From NCBI RefSeq assembly GCF_006345805.1, contig NC_042997.1, forward strand, positions 70,308,001 to 70,372,000: a stretch of 64,000 nt of DNA. Reading direction: 5' to 3'. This document shows positions 54,819-64,000 of this stretch, piece by piece (position 1 is the stretch's first letter; each line of letters starts with the position of its first letter). Source of the stretch: Octopus sinensis (Eukaryota). The position numbers were made by a program, and so were the translations under genes. Under the pieces are notes generated by a model. That model saw only the letters and a program-made list of their open reading frames with translations. It did not search any database and had not been told where the DNA came from.

Positions 54819-55332
54819 TTAAAATTATAAGTAAATGAAAGAATGGAGTTGAACGACTAGTAACAAATATCCTTTATTCTCGACATATGTTTCGAAGGCT
54901 GCATATTCCTAATTCCGAAGGAATAAGGAGTACATTATGCAGATTTCTCATCAGAAAAATCAAGGAACTTATGTCGACCATGGGCTCATTGAGAGCGGTC
55001 AGCTAAAAGTTTTTTGTGCATTTTGAGGTCGACATAAGTTCCTTGATTTTCCTGATGAGAAATCTGCATAATGTACTCCTTATTCCTTCGGAATTAGGAA
55101 TATGCAGCCTTCGAAACATATGTCGAGAATAAAGGATATTTGTTAACTAGTCGTTCAACTCCATTCTTTCATTTACTTATAATTTTAAAATAAACATACA
55201 AATTTCCGCACGAAGACACGTAGTCTATGCCCTAGGGACGTAGCTTCAACCGTGTTCTTTCTGATGTGAATTTGCTACCCAGGTATCGGTTATCTTTCGA
55301 ATTATCCTTAATAAGATAATTCATTCAATTAC
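54819..55332 (+). mobile_element. (TA)n-inserted hammerhead element with about 161-bp fold-back arms (duplicate at 55656-56170)
   Basis: 54819-54979 is the reverse complement of 55027-55188, with a 47-bp spacer; body continues to (AT)n at 55332. Confidence 0.85.
55041..55135 (+). ncRNA. Type I hammerhead with a 54-nt helix II (copies 54871-54965 minus, 55709-55803 minus, 55879-55973 plus)
   Basis: Helix I CCUUG-AUUUUC / GAGAAU-AAAGG; CUGAUGA 55052-55058; helix II 55059-55112 opening G-C; GAA; ACAUAUGU palindrome; GUC cleavage after 55124. Confidence 0.85.
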
Positions 55333-55394
<62 letters not shown>

Positions 55395-56170
55395 GTGTGT
55401 GTGAGTGTGTGTGAGTGTGTGTGTTGTGTGTCTGTGTTTGTCCCCCTAGCATTGCTTGACAACCGATGCTGGTGTGTTTACGTCCCCGTTACTTAGCGGT
55501 TCGGCAAAAAAGAGACCGATAGAATAAGTACTGGGCTTACAAAGAATAAGTCCCGGGGTCGATTTGCTCGACTAAAGACGGTGCCCCAGCATGGCCGCAG
55601 TCAAATGACTGAAACAAGTAAAAGAGTAAAAGAGTAAAAGAGATATATATATATATTAAAATTATAAGTAAATGAAAGAATGGAGTTGAACGACTAGTTA
55701 ACAAATATCCTTTATTCTCGACATATGTTTCGAAGGCTGCATATTCCTAATTCCGAAGGAATAAGGAGTACATTATGCAGATTTCTCATCAGAAAAATCA
55801 AGGAACTTATGTCGACCATGGGCTCATTGAGAGCGGTCAGCTAAAAGTTTTTTGTGCATTTTGAGGTCGACATAAGTTCCTTGATTTTCCTGATGAGAAA
55901 TCTGCATAATGTACTCCTTATTCCTTCGGAATTAGGAATATGCAGCCTTCGAAACATATGTCGAGAATAAAGGATATTTGTTAACTAGTCGTTCAACTCC
56001 ATTCTTTCATTTACTTATAATTTTAAAATAAACATACAAATTTCCGCACGAAGACACGTAGTCTATGCCCTAGGGACGTAGCTTCAACCGTGTTCTTTCT
56101 GATGTGAATTTGCTACCCAGGTATCGGTTATCTTTCGAATTATCCTTAATAAGATAATTCATTCAATTAC

Positions 56171-56234
<64 letters not shown>

Positions 56235-56254
56235 GTGTGTGTGAGTGTGTGTGA

Positions 56255-56285
<31 letters not shown>

Positions 56286-57784
56286 TGTGTGTATGCGTGT
56301 GTGTGTGCGTGTGTGCACGCACGTGTAGATTTTGTAGGTACCAACAGAAAAAAAAATTTGTATTGTAAATTTTGCACCGTCAACCTTCCTCTACGCTTCC
56401 CCATGGACGTACACTGCAAATTTGGACATCAATATTACAATTGTATTTCAGCATTAGAACATAAAAACCAGTTTGAATCTATTCCAAGAAATCTTTTTAA
56501 GCGCGAGAGAAATAAAAGATTCGACAGTAGTATGATTAGAAAGATTGAAAAAAAAGTTATTCCAACCTAGATTGCTCATTATATATGATCATGGAAATGT
56601 ATCAAACAAACGAGAGTCTAAAGTATATATGTGATCTTTAGAACCTTTTCTTTGCTTAAGATGTAGTAAAGTAGGTAGAGACTTCGTTAAAATCGCTGTG
56701 TTCAACTGGAGAGACTCCAACTATTTTGCCCCCCAATTAGGTTTGTCAAATAAATTTACAGCAAAAGATAAGAATTGTGTCACTTATTTGTTTGATTATT
56801 CGTTCATGTCTTGTCTTAAAATATATCACAAATGGCCTTCTAGAATATTCAAGGAACATTCTGAACATTAAAACACATGAACACAGAAATATTTATATAG
56901 ATGTACACGTAAATACTCACACACATGCATACACACAAACATACACGCACACACACACACATACATATATGGTGGTTGTCGACTCCTTATGTCGAGTTTG
57001 TCCACCACCCCTGCCTATACCTCAGAGCCATAATGGCATCTGGTGTGGCTTTTTAAACCAGACAATGTTCTGAAAAGACACCCACATAGGTTGGACCTCT
57101 GATTTGGATCACCAAATTAAAAATAGAATGTACCACACGGGCGAAAATATATAGAGAAAAGGATTTGAAAATGCAGAGGTCTTTTAAAGATGTCTATTGA
57201 CTTGATCGGTTTCACTTTTTTTAAATGCTTTCAAATTTAAAGTGCAAGGCTTTCTGTAGTATATGTGGTGTTAAAAATTAGTTAAAACAGATACGGTGAT
57301 AGAGATTTTGACATTGATAAGTAGATGTAAAATAATAGAATCTTTGACAATGATAAGAAAACGTTAAGGGAAGCTCTGTGTTTAAACAGTTTACAAAATA
57401 GTATTCAAAATAGGTCGTAAAATACGTTCATAAATGTTTATAGGTTCATCAGAAATCATAATTGCTTATAAAGTTTTAGAGGAATGACCAACCTCTTTTT
57501 CTTCTTCTCCAGTCTTGTATATGTGTTTTGCAATATAATTATTGTTAGTGAGGTCTTTTTGAGGAGAGAGATTCCTCTTTAAAGGAATGTCAGCATCCAA
57601 GCGTGCTCCGGCTTTATCGTATATATCGATGAACTTTCTGGAATCCTTCCTTTACGTGGTAGAATTAGTGGTTATCATTTATTAGGCACCAGCATTATAC
57701 ACATTTTGGAGTTCCACTATTTTGTATAGATGTTTACTTCTCATCGAAATATTTGGGTAGAGTTATAGAAATATATTGCGTCAA

Positions 57785-58718
57785 CTCAAAAATAATGCAA
57801 TTTTTTCAATTGTATGAACTAAAAGTCGGAGCAGAACGGGGTAAACTACTTGAATCAACTTGCTATAAAAACAGGTAATAATTTTAGCATGTACATATTG
57901 TTTGAGAAAGTTATGAAGAATGCAGTTCGATTTTAACAGTTATTTTTTCAAAGCTATAATGGAATTGACAAAGGAGTATATTCGGCATATTTTGCATTAT
58001 GTGTTCAATAAAGGCAACAACACAAGGGATAGTGCGAGGAATATTAATACAATATATGGATATCGGACAATAGAAAACGCGCCTTTTTTAAAACAAATAA
58101 TGACAGGTGGTGAGAAATGGATTATATACCAAAATGTTCAGAGAAAGCGATCCTGGAGTAAGCGACATGAGCCACCCCTAGCCACCCCAAACGTCTTGCT
58201 TTGTGTATGGTGGGATTGGAAAGGAATTCTGTACTATGAGCTTCTCTCAAGTAACCACACAATTAATTCTGAGAAATACTGCACACTGGACGAGTTAAAA
58301 TCAGCAATTCAAGAGAAACGTCCATAATTGGCCAACAGGAAGGGCGTTGTTTTCCAATGCAAGACCGCACGTTTCTTTGGGAACCAGACAAAAATTGCTG
58401 CAGCTCGGCTGGGATGTGTTACCCCACCCTCCATATTCACCAGGTATTGCTCTTTCGGATTTCCACTTATTCAGGTATCTGCAGAATAGTCTTAGTGGTA
58501 AAAATTTCAATTACTTGGATGAGATTAAAAGATACCTTGATGAATTCTTTGCAATGAAACCACCTCAATTCTGGGAAGAGGGCATTTTCAAGTGAAAGGA
58601 AAGATGGAGACGCATTGTGCAACAAAATGGTTCATATTTGGTTGATTAAAAATGGAATGGCAATTATTTATTGACCTTTTTCTTTCCTTTAAAAATCGGC
58701 ATGAACTTTCCGGACAAC

Positions 58719-58722
<4 letters not shown>
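57785..58722 (+). mobile_element. Mariner transposon, internally deleted; transposase pseudogene at about 57959-58649
   Basis: MELTKEYIRH, FLKQIMTGGEKW (catalytic D lost), LCVWWDWKGILYYELL, ARPH, VLPHPPYSPGIALSDFHLF; 3' TIR ...CCGGACAACCCAA|TA. Confidence 0.9.
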
Positions 58723-58762
<40 letters not shown>

Positions 58763-58779
58763 CACACACATATATACAT

Positions 58780-58873
<94 letters not shown>

Positions 58874-58884
58874 CATATATATAT

Positions 58885-59365
58885 ATAATTTCAACAATTG
58901 AGGGTAAAATTAATTAATTAATCAATTTCACCAAGTATTCAGTATGCAAAGGGACCATTTAAGGCGAATTCAAATTATTACATTATATAAAAGGGCTTAG
59001 TAAAATAAATTACTTTGCCGCATACTGAACTCATTAGAAATAGCAGCCAAAAAAAACTTTTCTAAAACTATTTCTAATACTTAAAGAAAACCTCTCTCAT
59101 ATAGTGTTTGCTCAATTCAACTCACGAAAGTATGGGGGTAGAGACATTAAAAAATCAAATGCAAAGGTTATTTGAAATAACCTTTGCATTTGATTTTTTA
59201 ATGTCTCTACCCCCATACTTTCGTGAGTTGAATTGAGCAAACACTATATGAGAGAGGTTTTCTTTAAGTATTAGAAATAGTTTTAGAAAAGTTTTTTTTG
59301 GCTGCTGTTTCTAATGAGTTCAGTATGCGGCAAAGTAATTTATTTTACTAAGCCCTTTTATATAA
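58885..59365 (-). mobile_element. (TA)n-inserted element with a near-perfect 191-bp-arm palindrome centred on 59174
   Basis: 58983-59173 and 59175-59365 are reverse complements with 1 mismatch seen; same family as 24859-26006. Confidence 0.88.
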
Positions 59366-59371
59366 CATATA

Positions 59372-59456
<85 letters not shown>

Positions 59457-61437
59457 GTATGTATGGATGGATGGATGGATGAATGGAATCATGTATGTAT
59501 ATATGTATGCATGCATGCATCGGTGTATGTATGTATGAGTCTTCGTAAGGATTTATGTCCCTTCATTTGGAGGATTGAAGATGGCCACTAACCAAGTGGC
59601 AAAGTTCTTTCGTTTCAGTTAAGACAGCTATTGAGATTTGTGGTAATCTAAATAGGTTGATATATGCATCTATGCATGTTAATACATGTAATTGTACATA
59701 TATGCATGTTAATACATGTAATTGTACATATATTTGTGCTTCATACTTTTTACATCAGTCTAATGTTTTTGTATTCTTGTATTCCATATATATACGTGGA
59801 TGTGTGCATGTTTCTCGCTCAAGAAATTTATAACGCTGGGGATTTTGCCTGGAACATTTTACATTATTTTCTTATGGGGTACATACACGGAGAATCTTTG
59901 GAAGGCTTTGTAAATTATTGACCGTGCTACTCGTTGATGTATTTGGAAAACACTTTAATTTCGTTTGTCCTTTTTTGGAGAACCACTGTGTTTCTCGTTC
60001 TTTTCTTTATGCAAATCCGTTGATATGTAGCTTAGCGAGCTTATGAAAATGAGCACGTAAGCAAGTTTCTTTTCACTTCTCCATTAATATTCTCCATGTA
60101 TGCTTGCATGTATGTATGCATGTATGTATGTATGTATGTATGTATGTATATATGTATGTATTCATGAATGAATACAAGTATTTATAATATGTACGTACAT
60201 ATAAATACTTTCGACAGTTGGTGTGTGAAATAGTGAAATTGGGCATAAAATTTATGTCAGACAATGACTTTGATATTCTGGATAAAATTAGTCTCGACAT
60301 AACGCCATCCTTCTGACGATGAACAACTGATATATAAAGATGTCTGATTGTCTTCGTCTGCTTGATGGACTCACGATAAGCCGAAGATTACAAAACTGTT
60401 AGGTGCGTCAATATTAGCGTGATATATCTGCAATTTTTCCACTGATATTTTTCTCTTAAATGCTCTTATCAAAAAGGCCGCGTAAAAGATTATAGAAGTC
60501 CCTGTTATATGGTAATTGACCCTGTTAAAAAGGAAGTTTTGAGGAATATGTCATATATAATGAATATTCAGTCTAAGATTGAATTAAAATCATTCAGACA
60601 TTCAGGAACCATGTTACAGCGTGTTATAGCGTTCAATGGTTATCATTAAATCATTAGTTTGCTTTGAAAAGTATTACACCGAAAACACATATGTAGCCTT
60701 TAATTTCGCTAAATGCTTGTGATAAAGGTACTTTCTTCTGATGTGTATTCATTTGTTTTGTTATTTTTATATTTGTATTATAAGAATAATTAACGTTATC
60801 CATTCTAAAATGTGTTAAGAACAGAGTACAACGAAATCTGAATAAGCCCCTGTCTTCTAATACATTCATACATACATACATACATACATACATACATACA
60901 TACATACATACATACATAAAAAAAATAGGGAAATAAACTGTATCAAACTAAGTCTTTCATACCTAGTAGTAGGAGTAGTGGTTCATCACATTATATACTC
61001 TCTAAAAGATTTACCTTCTGTGGGTTACTAAATGAGTGAGAGTATTTACCTTTTCAACTGATTCAGAAAACCTTTACATTTGTCAATATTTGTCTTTTCA
61101 CAATAGTTTCCTTAATAACAACGTATCTCACTGAAATTGATTAATAATTAGATGTTTAGGCGCGGCTTCATTCGTTTTCCTCATGTATGAAAATCTTTTA
61201 TATTTCTAGCCATTTACTCATTATCATTAGTGGCTAATTCTGCAAGGAAACTTTCAGTTTCCCTGAGATTTCGACGGAATTTTGCGCAGTTATTTTTCAT
61301 TTCAGATAATTTAACCTTTACGGACAATGTTGAATAAAATACACTTTACGCCAGCTAAATATTCGCTGAAACAGAAAACAATAGTTGGGAATGGTTAGCA
61401 AAACAACAATAACCGCTTTTTCTTTTTTCTTTTTTAG

Positions 61438-61530
61438 ATTGGACTCAGATACACGATGACATGGAATGATAGGAGACTACAAGTCACGAGAGTTAAGAAA
61501 GAGATTCAAAGTCGCCCCACACTCCAAAAT
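61438..61530 (+). CDS. Candidate internal exon, possibly from a Cys-loop ligand-gated ion channel
   Basis: Long polypyrimidine tract + AG acceptor, GTAAGT donor, 93 bp, open frame IGLRYTMTWNDRRLQVTRVKKEIQSRPTLQN resembling the W.D.RL segment preceding IW.PD. Confidence 0.5.
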
Positions 61531-61930
61531 GTAAGTTTCCTGAAATGAAAAATGACATCAGAATATACTGCAAAAAACACGCACAAATCACGACCGTTAA
61601 GTCGTTAAAAGCAACTTTTAGATAAACTATTTCTACTATTACGCGCAATTTTCAGATTCTATAATCTTAAGGAGCTAAAATGAAATTTGACTAGTCATGG
61701 CGTCACAATTATTCCTACAAAATAAGAAAACCTGCTTGGAGAAAGGCAAGAATTAAAGACAAATTAGGAACAGGTTTAGTATGTAGTCAACAGTCCATCG
61801 GAAGATATTGCGTTGAACAACAAAGAACATAGAGCCTCAATCTTAACTTTAGAATAAAAGTGCCGAAATAATTTCTATAATAATAATGATAATAATAATA
61901 ATAATAATAATAATATAATGACAATAATAC

Positions 61931-61963
<33 letters not shown>

Positions 61964-62063
61964 TAATAGTAATAATAATAATAATAATAATAATGATGAT
62001 GATGATGATGATGATGATAATAATAATAATAATAATAACAATAACAACAACAACAACAACAAC

Positions 62064-62154
<91 letters not shown>

Positions 62155-62155
<1 letters not shown>

Positions 62156-62700
62156 GGCAGTGGCTCTCATGGCTTCTGATCTTAACTGATTGGAAGTGTT
62201 ATCATGTACATTGTTTTGTCTTGGTATAAAAGATGGGCTACAGTAAATATTCTGCTCAATACCACAGATTTGCTTGTCAGTTGTTTGACCTTAACCAGTT
62301 GAGCATGTCCCTTAGTGGCTGACGATATGTGCATCTCTGATCACGAGCAGAAGTAGTGGGGGAGCATCATAGCCATGTGTTGAGAGGGATTCTTTGGGGT
62401 TTGAATAGTTCACCTCCGGAAACATGGGTGGTTCTTTCAACATCCTTAAACAACCCTTATTCAGGGACCGTTTGAGCGGGATGGGCTACTCAACCTGAAG
62501 AAAATTCTAACTGGGCCCCACCTGCAAGGTCATGTGCTGTTTATCTTGATATGAGATCACCATGTCGCGCACATATGGTTGTGATGCATGTGCTGGTGTA
62601 CCTTTATCAGACGGGTAGTCATGAGGGTATATTGGGTTTCGTATATTTTACCCCAGTGTCACTTTGATGGCATGAACTGCTCTCTCACTCAATAATAATA
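62155..62700 (+). repeat. Probable interspersed retroposon-like repeat with (AAT)n tail
   Basis: Higher-complexity block between trinucleotide tracts, ending CTCTCTCACTC + (AAT)n; family not identified. Confidence 0.4.
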
Positions 62701-63199
62701 ATAATAATAATAATAATATAATAATAATAATAATAATAATAAGAAGAAGAAGAAGAAGAAAAGAAGAAGAAGAAGAAGAAGAAGAAGAAGAAGAAGAAGA
62801 AGAAGAAGAAGAAATCCTTCTACTATAGGTGCAAAATGTCAATCAACAACATCAACAACCGTGGAACCACTGTGGAGGTATGTGAAGATGTTCGGTATTA
62901 TCAAATCAGTATTGTTGTTTATGCTCTGTGGAGTTTTTCTTTTGTGCTATGTTTTTTGGCTTTTGGGACCTTTTGGTTTTCCTTCATCTTCACTACAGGA
63001 AGATGTGGGGGTCTGTTATTGTGTGTTTGTGTCTGTGTGTATGTTTATAATCTTGTTTATGTGTGTAGTTTTGTTTGGTATGAGGGGTTGGATGTGGTTT
63101 TCTTGTTTCTCTCTAGGGTGGTTAATGTCTTAGGTGTTGTTTTGCCGGTGTTGGTGTTCTTTGTGGTCCTCGTCCCGGTGTAGGCAACCATGGAGGCAT

Positions 63200-63830
63200 T
63201 TGGCCGCTTGCACTTTGTATCAGTCGAGGTAACGAGCTCACAAATGAGTCGTTTCTCCACACGCGAAACAATGTGGCCTTTTGCCCTCAGTCATGATGTG
63301 CATCACTGGAGACGTATGTGGTCCGGGATTTTTTAAATATTTTCTGATCTGATCTGGAGAAGTATCTCTAAGTCAACTCCAGACCAGTCGTTCTTGGCAG
63401 TTCATGTCCTCTCTAATGGGACGGTATCCGTCCCCTCCACGATTACGCATCCCAGAAGCCACCAAATATCAAGTCCTGGCGGGATCCTACGAATGTGGAC
63501 TTCAGCTGTACGGTTCTCCATGTAGTAGGGGTAATGACTTTGCTGGTTTTGCAAGGGGACATTGAATGTTTTATAGCGAGGGATTCTGATTTAAACAGCA
63601 CCGAAATGGTGCCGTATTGTTAGCCACTCGCTTTGTCCTCGATTTCATCTCTGATGCACCTCAACGCTGCCTCAATATCTACTTAGGCTAGTAAGGCCAC
63701 TCTTTTTATCACAGCTGAGATGCATCTAAAAAGCACCGTTTTTCTCTCCACTGCTTGAAATGTGGGACAGTTAAATTGGTCCAAGTTTTTTCTTGTTTAA
63801 TCAGTTTCCAAGTCTCGGTCAACATTTCAT
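63200..63830 (-). mobile_element. Possible ORF1/gag-like fossil
   Basis: Decayed CCHC knuckle CFACGETTHL*ARY at 63229-63270; upstream frame interrupted. Confidence 0.4.
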
Positions 63831-64000
63831 CTCTATTTATCAGTCACGGTAAAGCCTTGCTTCCTTTTCGGTCCTACTGCTGCGGCTGCGAACATGTTTT
63901 TGTTGTTGGAAATGTTCACGTTCTTGTCGATATTGTTGTTGTTGTTGCTGTTTTTTCTGCTGCTGCTACTGCCGATGCTGTTGTCGTTGTTGCTGTCGGT

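Larger units (their letters stand above)
54590..56265 (+). repeat. Tandem duplication, unit about 837 bp
   Basis: SINE 3' half, fold-back element and GT tract repeated with offset 837-838. Confidence 0.9.

Overview
AT-rich eukaryotic DNA dense in microsatellites and made almost entirely of repeats. The SINE and repeat content suggests an octopod cephalopod (inference, no database check). Most ORFs in the supplied track are microsatellite translations. Recognisable content: decayed Penelope-like elements (one RT fossil, several GIY-YIG fossils), RTE and R4/Dong-type LINE fossils, several tRNA-derived SINE families, a decayed mariner plus a mariner 5' fragment, another DDE transposase fossil, and two Helitron-like elements. 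One 93-bp exon candidate (61438-61530) resembles a Cys-loop ligand-gated ion channel. The main signal the ORF track misses is a set of non-coding elements inserted in (TA)n tracts. They carry type I hammerhead ribozyme motifs (intact cores at 23345, 47782 and 55052 with copies; near-intact at 24489; variants elsewhere). Five show the same layout: (TA)n, an inverted fold-back copy of an internal segment, the body, a 3' tail, then (TA)n. One is a 350-bp monomer with a 25-bp terminal direct repeat. In another, the fold-back turns within 1-2 nt of the predicted ribozyme cleavage site. Together these suggest a ribozyme-processed, PLE-mobilised, retrozyme-like system. All folds and alignments were done by eye, and coordinates of fossil elements are approximate.
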